Notes: generated from the sequence alone by a model not told the origin. Positions 19,190-29,187 are shown, counted from the whole stretch's first letter. The stretch: 63,980 bases of DNA, filler included, from Acidimicrobiia bacterium (GCA_041619515.1; 3 parts of 3 records of this genome joined end to end with filler, not necessarily neighbours in it); one strand, 5' to 3'. Numbers and translations: made by a program.

Positions 19190-20533
19190 TCAACGCTCGT
19201 CCCATGCCGGCATCGGATACACGAGTTCTGCCACCGCCGCCTCGGCCGGAGCAACCACCTGGGTAACCCCGTCGAGGATCTGGATGGCGCCCATCGGCTT
19301 GCCGGCGTTCTTGCCGGTCTCATCGAAGTCGATCGGACCGTAGAACGTGTTGACGTTCAGGTCGTAAAGCGCCTGTCGAACAGCATCGGTGTCGAGGCTG
19401 CCTGCCAGCTCAATCGCCAGGTGCAGCGCCAGCCCGGTGGCCGTCGACTCCGCCGCCTGGTAGGAAGGGACCTCGCCCCACTTCTCCTGGTAGCGGGCGG
19501 CAAACTCGGCTGCCGTTCCGAACCACTCGTCCGACCAGGACATCGATGCCTCCCACTGGGTAGGGCCGATGATGTAGTTGGCATCCACGCCGACTTCCGC
19601 AGCGAACTCCGGATTCGACGGACCAACAGTGAGGACCATGCCCTTCGGGGTCCAGCCCACCTCTTTGGCGCCCCGCACGAACAGCAGCGCGTCGTTGAAG
19701 TGGCCACCGCCAACGAAGATGTCGGGGTCGAGATCCCTGAACTTGGTCATGATCTGCGAGACGTCAGCCACATTGAGTGGATACGTCTCCTCCGCCAGCA
19801 CCTCGACGCCGTACTCCGCGGCCCACTTGACGGCCCCGGCGCCGACCGAGGTCGGAAAGGCGGTGTCCTCATAGGCGATCACCATCGTCTTGGCGCCGGC
19901 GTCGGCCAGAGCCTTGATGGCGGTCTGGGTGTAGTTCCCGGCCGGGGTCAGCACGGCGAAGATGTTCTTGAACCCACGCTCGAAAATAGTTTCCGAGGCG
20001 CCGTTGCCTTCGACCATCAACACCCCGTACCGCTCGGCGATGGCGGACGTGCCCATGGTGAGCCCACTCGAGTAGGGGCCGAGGAGGAAGTCGACCTCGT
20101 CCTCGGTGATCAGCCTCTCCACGAGATTGGCTGCCGTGTCGGCGTCTCCCTCATCGTCGTATTGGATGAGCTCGACCAGGTAGCGATCGTCACCCACCTT
20201 GATGCCGCCGTACTCCTCGTTCACCCAGTCGACCCAGGTTCCGTAGCCCTGCCGCGTGTCCTTGCCTTCCCGGGAAAACCGCCCGGTCTCGCTTACCGCC
20301 GCACCCAGCAGGATGGTGCCGGCACATGAGTCCGGCGTGCTTGTCGAACAGACGGCCATATCGGCTTCGGTCGTGGTCGTCGCATCGCCGGATCCGGCCG
20401 GAGCGGCGGTCGTGGTCGTCGAATCCGGTGGACTGGTGGTATCTGCCGTGTCGTCACTGCCGCACGCTGCCGCCACCATGGCGAGCGCCAGCATCAATGC
20501 CCAGAGTTTTCGTCGCCCAATCAACGTCCTCAT
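19190..20533 (-). CDS. Amino acid ABC transporter substrate-binding lipoprotein (LivK/LivJ superfamily)
   Basis: Lipobox AAACG, Thr linker, SETGRF, YDDEGD, LLGPYSSG; AGGAGGAGG RBS. Confidence 0.88.
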   Translation of the reverse strand: MRTLIGRRKLWALMLALAMVAAACGSDDTADTTSPPDSTTTTAAPAGSGDATTTTEADMAVCSTSTPDSCAGTILLGAAVSETGRFSREGKDTRQGYGTWVDWVNEEYGGIKVGDDRYLVELIQYDDEGDADTAANLVERLITEDEVDFLLGPYSSGLTMGTSAIAERYGVLMVEGNGASETIFERGFKNIFAVLTPAGNYTQTAIKALADAGAKTMVIAYEDTAFPTSVGAGAVKWAAEYGVEVLAEETYPLNVADVSQIMTKFRDLDPDIFVGGGHFNDALLFVRGAKEVGWTPKGMVLTVGPSNPEFAAEVGVDANYIIGPTQWEASMSWSDEWFGTAAEFAARYQEKWGEVPSYQAAESTATGLALHLAIELAGSLDTDAVRQALYDLNVNTFYGPIDFDETGKNAGKPMGAIQILDGVTQVVAPAEAAVAELVYPMPAWDER

Positions 20534-20698
20534 CCTCCTCCTAGCGATTGCCCGGCCGAGCCGGGTTGCGTCGATCGACGATATCCCGGAGGCCGGGAGA
20601 CCTGCTAGGGCAGGAAGACCCTAGGCCCCCACCGTTCGGCGGGTGGAGGTTCCGAGCCGCCGATCACCGGGCCACCTTACAAGGCTCGGGGGGCGTTT

Positions 20699-21109
20699 TC
20701 AGGTGGAGGCTTCGGCCCGGACGGCCAGCACGGCGCACGGAGAGTCGAGCAGGACATCCTGGGCGACGCTGCCGAGCAGGTACTTGCCTGTCTTGGTTCG
20801 ATGCCGCAGCCCGATGACGATGAGCTCGGCCCCCGAGTTCCGGGCGCAGGTGAGGATGTCCTCCGATGGGCTGTTGCCCTGGATGTAGTCGTGGGTGGCG
20901 TGGTCGATCCCGGATGCTGCCAGCTGCTTGTCGATTTCCGCGAGCTTGTCGACATAGCGCTGGATGTCCTCCGCATCACGGTCCCCTCCCTCTTTTCGAG
21001 AATGAACCACCTCGAGGCGGGCGTGTCGCAGTCTGGCTTCATCGATTGCCCGGGCTAGAGCCGCGTCTCCCTCCGGGGTGCTTGTGTATCCGACAACGAT
21101 TGTCGTCAC
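20699..21109 (-). CDS. Universal stress protein
   Basis: IVVGY...ALARA, LIVIGLR...LLGSVAQDVLLDSPCAVLAV; AGGAGGA RBS. Confidence 0.9.
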   Translation of the reverse strand: MTTIVVGYTSTPEGDAALARAIDEARLRHARLEVVHSRKEGGDRDAEDIQRYVDKLAEIDKQLAASGIDHATHDYIQGNSPSEDILTCARNSGAELIVIGLRHRTKTGKYLLGSVAQDVLLDSPCAVLAVRAEAST

Positions 21110-21150
21110 GGTCTCTCCTCCTGGCGGTCCGCAGTTCCTTCCGACATTAG

Positions 21151-22125
21151 TCATCCATCCCGGGCGGCCAGACGGCCTGCCAGCCGAGCGAACACTTCCC
21201 GGAGATCCGCGTGCAGCGACGCCACCCGGTCACCGTCCCAATCGCTGCGGTCCGCCCGGAGGAACGAGGTTCGATCGGCCCGATTGTCGAATCGAGCGGC
21301 CGGCACATGAAACAGCCGACGCCGGGCACGCACAGTCACCGTGCCGGGCCGGTTGCTGTGCGCCAGCATCCAGTCCATGTCGTCGGTCCCGTACTCATCG
21401 ACCATGACCGACTCGGGAACTCCGTGGTTGAGGATGGATGCGTCGCCTGCCGGGCCCGGCACGGCCCGCTCCCGGTTGCGACGACGGCTCTCGGCCGGAT
21501 CCACCCATACATACAGGATGACCGCCGATCGCAGAATCGACTCGGACAGCTCGCCGAGTGAATAGGCGTAGCCGTGAGGTGGCTGCAGCGGAATCGGCGT
21601 CCCCTCCGGGCCGCCGCGGGCGAACTCGATGATGACGGTGTGGGCAGCCCGGTCCACTACCGCCGACGGAGCCGCAATGGCGGCCTCGTCTTCGATGGCG
21701 GCGCACAGCGCTGCCCGCACCGCCGGATCGAGGTTGGAGAACGGGGCGGGGGCACCGACCGCCCGGCGAGCTGCGTCGAGTCGGTCGAGCAAACGGTCGG
21801 CGGCCGGCGCCACCTCGATCGTCTCGTGGCGCGTGAGGCTGTCGTAGTCCTGGTTGAGCAGGTGGATGAGCGTGCCCCAATCCCGCCCCTCCAGCCACCC
21901 TCGATCGGATGACTCGAAGAACACCGGTGCTTCACCGAGGATCCGAAGCTCGGCGGAGATCCTGCGCATGAGGTGCACATAGGGGTAGTCGTCGAGCTGG
22001 ATGCCGGGGCGGAGATGCAGGTCTCGCAGCTCATCAGGACCGCAACCGTCGAGATATCTCCGCAGCTCAGACTTGCCGGCGGCGGGGAGTGCCAGCAACA
22101 GCAGCGTGTCGAGGGAGGCCACCAT
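21151..22125 (-). CDS. Uncharacterised P-loop-like protein
   Basis: N-terminal strand plus ALPAAGKSE Walker A-like motif, IIEFARGG, ILYVW, SRRRNRER lid-like segment. Confidence 0.65.
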   Translation of the reverse strand: MVASLDTLLLLALPAAGKSELRRYLDGCGPDELRDLHLRPGIQLDDYPYVHLMRRISAELRILGEAPVFFESSDRGWLEGRDWGTLIHLLNQDYDSLTRHETIEVAPAADRLLDRLDAARRAVGAPAPFSNLDPAVRAALCAAIEDEAAIAAPSAVVDRAAHTVIIEFARGGPEGTPIPLQPPHGYAYSLGELSESILRSAVILYVWVDPAESRRRNRERAVPGPAGDASILNHGVPESVMVDEYGTDDMDWMLAHSNRPGTVTVRARRRLFHVPAARFDNRADRTSFLRADRSDWDGDRVASLHADLREVFARLAGRLAARDG

Positions 22126-22169
22126 GACGTCAAGCCTATGGCCGACGGGTCGATGCCGGATTCGCCGGG

Positions 22170-22931
22170 CTACTTGGGTGCCATGCGGATGCCGCCGTCC
22201 ATGCGGATCGTCTCGGCGTTGATGTAGTCGTTCTCGATCACATGGCAGGCCAGAAGACCGAACTCGTCGGGCCGACCCAGCCGCTTGGGGAAGAGCACCT
22301 GGGTGCCGAGGGATTCCCGGGCGGCGTCGGGCAGGCCTGCCAGCAGTGGGGTGTCCATGATCCCGGGGGCGATGGTGTTGACCCGGATGCCCACCACGGC
22401 AAGGTCACGAGCGATCGGCAGCGTCATGCCGACGATTCCCCCCTTGGATGCCGAGTAGGCCGCTTGCCCGACCTGCCCGTCGTACGCAGCCACCGAGGCG
22501 GTGTTGACGATCACCCCGCGCTGCCCGTCCTCCAGCGGCTCGGTTCCGGCCATCACCGACGCTGCCAGCCGGATCACATTGAACGTCCCCACCAGATTGA
22601 TGCTGATGATCCTCGTGAACGCCTCCAGATCCAACGGGCTCCCGTCCCGGTTGAGCGTGCGTGCCGGCGGCCCGATACCGGCGCAGTTCACGGCCACCCG
22701 CAATGGTCCGAGCTCGGAGGCGGCGTCGACCGCCGCCGTCACCTGGCCGGTGTCGGTCACATCGGTTCGGACAAACCCACCGTTCACCTCCCCGGCGATG
22801 GCCTCCCCGGGTTCCTCCTGCACGTCGGCGACGAGCACCCTGGCACCCTTCTCCGCCAGCCTGCGGGCGGTGGCGGCGCCCAGCCCGGAGGCACCGCCTG
22901 CGACCAAGGCCGCTACTCCCTCAATGTCCAT
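22170..22931 (-). CDS. SDR family 3-hydroxyacyl-CoA dehydrogenase (HSD10-like)
   Basis: [52 protein letters not shown]. Confidence 0.9.
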   Translation of the reverse strand: MDIEGVAALVAGGASGLGAATARRLAEKGARVLVADVQEEPGEAIAGEVNGGFVRTDVTDTGQVTAAVDAASELGPLRVAVNCAGIGPPARTLNRDGSPLDLEAFTRIISINLVGTFNVIRLAASVMAGTEPLEDGQRGVIVNTASVAAYDGQVGQAAYSASKGGIVGMTLPIARDLAVVGIRVNTIAPGIMDTPLLAGLPDAARESLGTQVLFPKRLGRPDEFGLLACHVIENDYINAETIRMDGGIRMAPK

Positions 22932-23035
22932 GTCTTCCTCCTGGTCACAAACCAAGCTAGCGTCGGTGGCGAATGGGGCCATCGGCCCTGGTCTCTGCCG
23001 GTGGTGCTGCCAGACTGGACGGCGAGGAGGAAGCG

Positions 23036-23158
23036 GTGGGCTCTCTGATTCCATCGGAAATGTGGGACTGGCGCACTGATTGGCCGAAGGCGGTCGCCGG
23101 CATCGTCGTCACGCTGCTCGTGTTTGCCGTCGTGGCAGTGGTGGCCGTGATCGGCTAG
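23036..23158 (+). CDS. Small single-TM protein (about 40 aa)
   Basis: AGGAGG RBS before the GTG; C-terminal hydrophobic helix. Confidence 0.5.
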   Translation: MGSLIPSEMWDWRTDWPKAVAGIVVTLLVFAVVAVVAVIG

Positions 23159-23203
23159 AAAAAACGCGCGTAGGGTATGGCCACGGTCCCATGATCAGGT
23201 GCT

Positions 23204-23650
23204 ATGAGTCACGCCGAAACCGTTTCCGAGCAGGGTTCACCGATTCCGGCAATGAGCTGGCTCGACTGGTCGCGGCGGGGAAACGAGTACGTGGGGGGCC
23301 GCTACCGGGTCAGGCTGATCGAACCGTACCGCTGGGAAGTCGTGCATGATGGCGAGCATCTCTTCTTCGACGCCAGCCTCAAGTCTGCACTGATCAGGAC
23401 AGACGACCACCATCGGGAGCGCCTGCGCAGGCGCGACCTGTTCACGTGGGGCGCGCTGACGGCGGGTTCGGCATCGGCCGCAGCCATCATCGAGCTCCTC
23501 GGCGGGTTCGAACCTCTGTGGTCGATCTTGCTGCTGTGGATCATCGTCTACCTGTGCGTTTCCGGCATCGTCAGGTTCTTCGCCGCCGCCGGGCGCCACC
23601 CCACCCACCCGTACCGGCGACGGGCGCCACGGAACTCCCGGCGCCGGTGA
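23204..23650 (+). CDS. Hypothetical membrane protein (2 TM)
   Basis: Soluble N-terminal domain plus two hydrophobic helices; fills the gap between genes. Confidence 0.55.
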   Translation: MSHAETVSEQGSPIPAMSWLDWSRRGNEYVGGRYRVRLIEPYRWEVVHDGEHLFFDASLKSALIRTDDHHRERLRRRDLFTWGALTAGSASAAAIIELLGGFEPLWSILLLWIIVYLCVSGIVRFFAAAGRHPTHPYRRRAPRNSRRR

Positions 23651-23725
23651 CGACGAAGGTAGCGGGCGGCGCCCGCCCCTCGCGAGCCGTGTAGCTTCAG
23701 GAGAGACTCACAGAAGGAGAAGGGT

Positions 23726-23944
23726 ATGCCCGGGAGTGTCTACAAGGTGATCGAGCTGGTCGGGACCAGCAGCGAGTCCTGGGAGGATGCGGCGAAGACG
23801 GCGGTGGTGACCGCCGGACAGTCGCTGCGCGACCTTCGTATCGCCGAGGTGGTCAAGCTCGACCTGCAACTCGACGACAACGGCAACGTCAGCTTGTATC
23901 GCGCCAAGGTGAGCGTGTCCTTCAAGCACGAAGCCGGCGGCTAG
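23726..23944 (+). CDS. Dodecin family flavin-binding protein
   Basis: SVYKVIELVGTSSESWEDAA...YRAKVSVSFK; AAGGAG RBS. Confidence 0.92.
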   Translation: MPGSVYKVIELVGTSSESWEDAAKTAVVTAGQSLRDLRIAEVVKLDLQLDDNGNVSLYRAKVSVSFKHEAGG

Positions 23945-23957
23945 CCCGGCAAAGTTC

Positions 23958-23987
23958 CCTGCCTTCTCGCCGCCGGCGGAAGGCAGG
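23958..23987. terminator. Hairpin between convergent genes
   Basis: CCTGCCTTC...GAAGGCAGG perfect 9-bp stem. Confidence 0.55.
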
Positions 23988-24006
23988 CACGGGGGCTCTA
24001 CGGGCT

Positions 24007-25389
24007 CTACGGAGTCATCTGCCCGGCCCGGTTGTCGGCGATCTGCCGGCGGTACCAGTGGAAGCTTGCTTTGGGGACGCGCCGTTGCGTGGCGTGGTCC
24101 ACCCATACCAGGCCGAAGCGCTGGGTGAAGCCGCTCGTCCATTCCAGGTTGTCGAGCAAGCTCCACACGAAGAACCCCGATACCGGGACACCGGCCGCCC
24201 CCGCCGCCCGCACGGCTTCGAGGTGCCGGCGAAGATAGCGGATGCGACGGTCGTCGGCTACCGCACCGCTCGAGCTCGGCCCGTCCGAGTAGCTGGCGCC
24301 GTTCTCGGAGATAGTGATGCTCGGCGGTGCATATTCAGTGTGAATCCGTAAGAGAAAAGCGGTCAAGGCCGCCGGGGTGATGGGCCACCCCATCTCGGTG
24401 TAGCCGTCCGGGGCCGGAGCTCCCGGCGCCACTCCGGTGTCTTCGGTCTGCCCCCCACCCTGTCGAATCGCCAAGCTCGTGTAGTAGTTGAGCCCCAGGC
24501 AGTCGATGGGAGCGGCAATCTCGGCCAAATCATCCGGCTGAACAAAGGAGGGGGTGGAACCTTCCAGGTGGCCCTGCGTCCGGTAGTCGAGCACCATGTC
24601 GGCCGGATACCCCTTTCCGAACACCGGATCAAAGAACCATCGATTGCGGAAGCCGTCGAAATGGCGGGTGGCATCGACGTCGCCGGGCTGGTTGGTCGCA
24701 GGTGTGGCCGGACGGCAGTCGAGCGCGATGCCGACAGCCGAGGTCGGGCTGTTTGACCGGATCACGGGCACCGCCCGGCCGTGTGACAGCAGGATGTGAT
24801 GGGCTGCGGCGAGCGCGGCAGGGAAGCTGGTACCGCCGGGAGCGAACAGGCCGTCCCGGTGGCCGACGAAGGCGGCGACCCACGGCTCGTTGTGAGTGAA
24901 CCAGTTGTGCACGCGATCACCGAGGGCTCGACTGACCAGGTCGGCATATTCGACGAAGGCATCCACGGTCGACCGGCTGCGCCACCCACCCTCGTCTTCG
25001 AGCGACTGGGGGAGGTCCCAGTGATACAGCGTGACATAGGGGGTGATGCCGTGCTTCAGCAGCGCATCCACCAGCCGATCGTAGAAGGCCAGTCCTGCCG
25101 GATTGTGGGCCCCGGTGCCCGCAGGGATGACCCGGGTCCAGGCAACCGAGAAGCGGTAGGCAGTGATGCCCAGGCGCGCCATGAGGGCCACGTCCTCCTC
25201 CCATCGGTGGTAGTGGTCACAGGCAGGATCGCCGGTGCTCCCGTCCAGAACGCGGCCCGCGACCCCCACGAAGCGATCCCAGATGGATTCGCCCTTGCCG
25301 TCCTCGGCGACCGCACCCTCGATCTGAAAGGCCGACGTGGCGACCCCCCAGGCGAAATCATCGGGGAATCCCTCGACGGAACCTTCCAT
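24007..25389 (-). CDS. GH1 beta-glucosidase
   Basis: FAWGVATSAFQIEG, DHYHRW, TLYHWDLP, NEP acid/base, SENG nucleophile, DNLEW. Confidence 0.92.
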   Translation of the reverse strand: MEGSVEGFPDDFAWGVATSAFQIEGAVAEDGKGESIWDRFVGVAGRVLDGSTGDPACDHYHRWEEDVALMARLGITAYRFSVAWTRVIPAGTGAHNPAGLAFYDRLVDALLKHGITPYVTLYHWDLPQSLEDEGGWRSRSTVDAFVEYADLVSRALGDRVHNWFTHNEPWVAAFVGHRDGLFAPGGTSFPAALAAAHHILLSHGRAVPVIRSNSPTSAVGIALDCRPATPATNQPGDVDATRHFDGFRNRWFFDPVFGKGYPADMVLDYRTQGHLEGSTPSFVQPDDLAEIAAPIDCLGLNYYTSLAIRQGGGQTEDTGVAPGAPAPDGYTEMGWPITPAALTAFLLRIHTEYAPPSITISENGASYSDGPSSSGAVADDRRIRYLRRHLEAVRAAGAAGVPVSGFFVWSLLDNLEWTSGFTQRFGLVWVDHATQRRVPKASFHWYRRQIADNRAGQMTP

Positions 25390-25427
25390 CCGGGAAATGC
25401 TAGAGGGCAGGCGGTTAGGCTTCCGAA

Positions 25428-26174
25428 ATGGACCTCTACGCACGCGTCAACATCCTCGATGGGAGGGCGGTTCGGCTCCCCCGTGGCGACGTCGCCACCG
25501 CCATCTCACTCGAAGCCGACCCGGTGTCGCGAGCGGAGGGGTGGGTCGAAAAGGGGGCGGACAAGCTGCTCATCATCGACCTCGATGCCGCTGCCTACGG
25601 CAACTATGGCAACCGCCCGCTGATCAAGCGCATCGTCGACTCGGTGAGTGTGCCCGTCGTGGTGGGGGGCGGGGTCCGATCGGCACGCGAGGTGGCGGAC
25701 TTGCTCGAGTCGGGGGCCTGGCGAGTCACGATGGGAACGGTGGCGCTCGTCGATCAGGTCCTCTTCTGGGAGCTGTGCCGGGAGCACCCCGGACAGATAC
25801 TCGTCAGCCTCGACGTCAAGAAGGACGAGGAGCTGGTGATGCGGGGGTGGACCGAGCACAGCGGCACCTTTCTCGAGGAAGCCCTCGTCGAGCTGTCCTC
25901 CGCCGGCGCGGGAGGCTTCATGATCGCCGAGGCAGGCCGGGACGCCCTCTCGGAGCCGCCCAATCACGCCGCCCTGGAGCTGGCATTACGCACGGCTCTG
26001 CCTGAGGAGGAGGTGGTCGCCGCCGGTGGAGTGCGCCATCTCGATGATCTCGACAACTTGTGCCGGCTCGACGCCGACGGAGCCCGGTTGTCCGGCGTGG
26101 TGGTCGGTCGTGAAATCACCGAGGGCCGCTTCACGTTCGAAGAGGCCAAAGAGGTCGTGGCCGCCAACGCCTGA
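25428..26174 (+). CDS. HisA/HisF family TIM-barrel protein (HisA-like paralog)
   Basis: GRAVRL, IIDLDAA, GGGVRS, VSLD, AAGGV, GVVVGR; the N-terminal catalytic Asp appears to be Asn. Confidence 0.8.
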   Translation: MDLYARVNILDGRAVRLPRGDVATAISLEADPVSRAEGWVEKGADKLLIIDLDAAAYGNYGNRPLIKRIVDSVSVPVVVGGGVRSAREVADLLESGAWRVTMGTVALVDQVLFWELCREHPGQILVSLDVKKDEELVMRGWTEHSGTFLEEALVELSSAGAGGFMIAEAGRDALSEPPNHAALELALRTALPEEEVVAAGGVRHLDDLDNLCRLDADGARLSGVVVGREITEGRFTFEEAKEVVAANA

Positions 26175-26184
26175 CCGTCCGGCC

Positions 26185-27894
26185 TCAGGTCAGGCGTTCC
26201 TCCTGTGCATACGGCAGCACCTCGATGATCTCGCCCGAGCTGAGCCGCTGCTGGATCTTCTTCCAGTAGTCCGCGGCGAACAGGTCAGCATGGCGGCTCT
26301 CGAACACCTCCCGCAGTTCCCGGGGCAGCCCGAGGAATGACCGGAACTCCTCGGGGAACAGATCGTTCGGCCCCACCCCGCTGATCGGCCCGACGGCGAG
26401 CTCATCGCCGATATCCGGCTCCGGCAGGTCTCGAAACACGCATTCGCTCAGCCTGCTCAGTTCGTCGTAGTCGTAGAACACCACCCTCCCATGGCGGGTG
26501 AGGCCGAAGTTCTTGAGGAGGAGGTCGCCGGGGAAGACGTTGCTGGCCGCCAGGTCCTTGATGGCCCGACCGTAGTCGAGGACCGCCGGTGTCGCCTCCT
26601 CGGGCGGCACGGACCGGACATGGACGTCCAGGGGTGTCACCCGGCGCTCGATATAGACATGATCGATGACGACCGCGTCGCCCTTCACCCTGACGGTAGC
26701 CGCACAGTCGGCGGTCAGCCCCGCCAGCAGCTCGTCGGTGAAGTGGCGGCGCTCCAGTTGAAGGTATTCGAACGAATGGGCATCGATCAGCCTGCCGGCC
26801 CGGTCGTGTTTGAAGACGAGCTCGTATTTCTCCTTCACCGAGCGGCGAGTGGTTTGCTTGGGCGGGCCGAAGCGATCCCGCATGACCTTGAACACCAGGT
26901 CCAGGCCGGGCATCGTGAACACCACCATCACCAATCCCTCGGCTCCAGGCGCCCGCTCGAAACGGGAAGGGGTCGAGTCGAGGTGCTCGAGAATCTCGCG
27001 GAACAACTCGGTCTTACTGTGCTTGTGGAAGCCCACGGCGCTGTAGAGCTCGGATATTCGCTTGCGGGGCATGAGTGTCTGCAGGAACCGGACCAGCTCG
27101 TAGGGCCGCTCGGTCCTCACGTGGAAGTGAGAACGTGTGAAGCTGAAGAGGATGCTCACGGCGTCCTGGTCGAGCAGGACCGCGTCCACCACGATGGCAT
27201 CGTCTCGATTTCGCAGCGCCAGCACGCAGGGGATGAGGCGGGTGCCCCGAAACAGCCGCCCCACCAGGTAGGCGCCTTGTGCCCGGTAGAAGACGGCGTC
27301 GACGACCTCGGCCCGCTCCAGCAGCCCGGTGGCGCCCTCCGCGGCAAGGAGGGCGTCTATTTCGGCCGCCACCCGACGGGCGTCACGCCTGATGTCCTGA
27401 TAGAGGACGTTGAACCTGAAATCAGTGAGGATGGCTTCGATCAACCGCTCGGGCGAGGCGGCCCGGTCGTACCGGTAGTAGAGATGGCGTTGGGGCCGGG
27501 TAGGAGGTCTGAGGAACTCGGTGGACACGAACTCGACCTCGGGATCCACCCCGGCAGTCACGAACACTCGCCGCGTGACCGAGTTGTAGAACGTTTCGCC
27601 GATCTCCCACACATCCCGATCGGCGAGACGAGTCAGGTATTCAGCCTTGATGTGCGACCACAGCCGCCGATCGGTGATCTCGGCCTGAAGCAGCTCGTCG
27701 AGCCGGCGGCGCACCTCGGCGATGATCCCCTGATAGAGCTCCAATCGCTCGATGGCATCGTCGTGGACACCCACCCAATCCCGCGCCTCGAACCGCGCCT
27801 GGGCTCGCAGGGTGATTTCGTCGAAGCGGGCGGCGTACTCGTTGAAGCAGTCGATGATCAGATCTGCTGTGGCTGTCACGCGCTGGTCGGCCAT
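26185..27894 (-). CDS. aceK: Bifunctional isocitrate dehydrogenase kinase/phosphatase
   Basis: ETFYNSV, ILFSFTRS, APGxxGLVMVVF, VFKVMRDRF, HDRAGR, FPGDLLLKNFG, RVVFYDYDEL. Confidence 0.93.
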   Translation of the reverse strand: MADQRVTATADLIIDCFNEYAARFDEITLRAQARFEARDWVGVHDDAIERLELYQGIIAEVRRRLDELLQAEITDRRLWSHIKAEYLTRLADRDVWEIGETFYNSVTRRVFVTAGVDPEVEFVSTEFLRPPTRPQRHLYYRYDRAASPERLIEAILTDFRFNVLYQDIRRDARRVAAEIDALLAAEGATGLLERAEVVDAVFYRAQGAYLVGRLFRGTRLIPCVLALRNRDDAIVVDAVLLDQDAVSILFSFTRSHFHVRTERPYELVRFLQTLMPRKRISELYSAVGFHKHSKTELFREILEHLDSTPSRFERAPGAEGLVMVVFTMPGLDLVFKVMRDRFGPPKQTTRRSVKEKYELVFKHDRAGRLIDAHSFEYLQLERRHFTDELLAGLTADCAATVRVKGDAVVIDHVYIERRVTPLDVHVRSVPPEEATPAVLDYGRAIKDLAASNVFPGDLLLKNFGLTRHGRVVFYDYDELSRLSECVFRDLPEPDIGDELAVGPISGVGPNDLFPEEFRSFLGLPRELREVFESRHADLFAADYWKKIQQRLSSGEIIEVLPYAQEERLT

Positions 27895-27932
27895 GCCTCC
27901 ATTGTCGTCCGGCCGTTGAGGACCGCGAAATG

Positions 27933-29087
27933 TCAGCCGGCCGATCCGCCGTCGGGGATGAGCGCCAGCGCTCGGTTGACGAGATCCTGCGCCTCGCCGA
28001 TCTTCTCCGCGTACCGGGCGAGATCGCCCTGCCGCAGCGCCACTTCAGCCTCGGCGAAGGCGGCCTCCGCCTGTTGGAGCAGCTCGAGAATCGTCCCGTC
28101 GACGGGGCCGGGGTCGACCGTGCCGTTACCGTCACCGCGTTCGGTCCCGAAGATAACGTCGATGGCTTCGTTGAGGGTGGGCCGCATGATGATCCGGTCC
28201 TCGAACACGACCACCACCCGCTTCAGCTCGGGGAGCGCGTTTTGGGCGGTGCCCTGCAGGTACACCGGCTGCACGTAGATCACCGATTCCTCAACCGGCA
28301 CTACCAGCATGTTGCCCTGGACGATTTCTGACCCTTGCTGGCCGAGCAGCGTGAAATCGCTGGAGATGGCCGTATCCTGGTTGATCCGGCCTCCCACCTG
28401 GTTGGGGCCGTCGGGTGGGTTGCCGAGCGGGAATTGGTATTGGATCATCTCGCCGAAATTCTCCGGATCGCTCTTGGCGACCAGGAAGCCGACCATGTTG
28501 GGGGTGGATCTGGGCGTGAATGGCTGCAGGATCAGAAACGAGGCCTGCTCCTCGTCCGGCAAGGTCATGAGCAAGTAGTAGGGCAGCATCGGCCGCGTCC
28601 CGGTGGCGCCTCCCGCCCGCAGAGTCTCGATTTCCAGGACCGCGTTCACCGAGGACGGGTCGCGGGCAATCTGCCAGAGGTCGCCCTCGTTGAAGAACAC
28701 GCGGGCGTCGGTGACGTGATACGCCGTGTACATATCGGACTGCACCCGGAAGAGGTCCTCGGGATAGCGCAGGTGGGACCGGAGCGAAGGCGACATCTCG
28801 CCGAAGTCGGTGAACAACTCGGGGAACACCTTGTCGTACGCCTGGATGATCGGATCGTCCGGGTCGACGATGTAGAACGTTGTCGTCCCGTTGTAGGCGT
28901 CGATGACTGCTTTGACGGAGTTCCTCACGTAGTTGAACCCGTTGGGGAGCGAATGGGCGGTGAAGCTGAGCCGGGAGGTCCCTCCGAACGCGTCTCCCGG
29001 GACGGCGGGAGTCGAGTACGGGTACCGATCGGTCGTCGTATAGAGGTCGACAACCCAGAACAGGCCTCCGTTGTCGAAGACGATGTA
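27933..29087 (-). CDS. UPF0182 family membrane protein, C-terminal part (truncated at contig end)
   Basis: NYVRNSVKAVIDAYNGT, HLRYPEDLF, GNMLVVPV, YVQPVY, PELKRV. Confidence 0.9.
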   Translation of the reverse strand, partial: YIVFDNGGLFWVVDLYTTTDRYPYSTPAVPGDAFGGTSRLSFTAHSLPNGFNYVRNSVKAVIDAYNGTTTFYIVDPDDPIIQAYDKVFPELFTDFGEMSPSLRSHLRYPEDLFRVQSDMYTAYHVTDARVFFNEGDLWQIARDPSSVNAVLEIETLRAGGATGTRPMLPYYLLMTLPDEEQASFLILQPFTPRSTPNMVGFLVAKSDPENFGEMIQYQFPLGNPPDGPNQVGGRINQDTAISSDFTLLGQQGSEIVQGNMLVVPVEESVIYVQPVYLQGTAQNALPELKRVVVVFEDRIIMRPTLNEAIDVIFGTERGDGNGTVDPGPVDGTILELLQQAEAAFAEAEVALRQGDLARYAEKIGEAQDLVNRALALIPDGGSAG

Positions 29088-29187
29088 NNNNNNNNNNNNN
29101 NNNNNNNNNNNNNNNNNNNNNNNNNNNNNNNTTAATTAATTAANNNNNNNNNNNNNNNNNNNNNNNNNNNNNNNNNNNNNNNNNNNN
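29088..29187. other. Artificial contig-joining spacer
   Basis: 100 nt of N flanking TTAATTAATTAA (stops in all six frames). Confidence 0.97.

Noticed and set aside
20534..20698. Riboswitch or T-box upstream of the amino acid ABC operon
   Set aside because: GC-rich with possible hairpins, but I could not recognise any conserved aptamer or T-box motif; an Rfam/Infernal scan would be decisive.
29088..29187. AT-rich palindrome TTAATTAATTAA within N runs (also 57447-57546)
   Set aside because: Artificial six-frame-stop linker used to concatenate contigs; not biological, and genes on either side are not neighbours.
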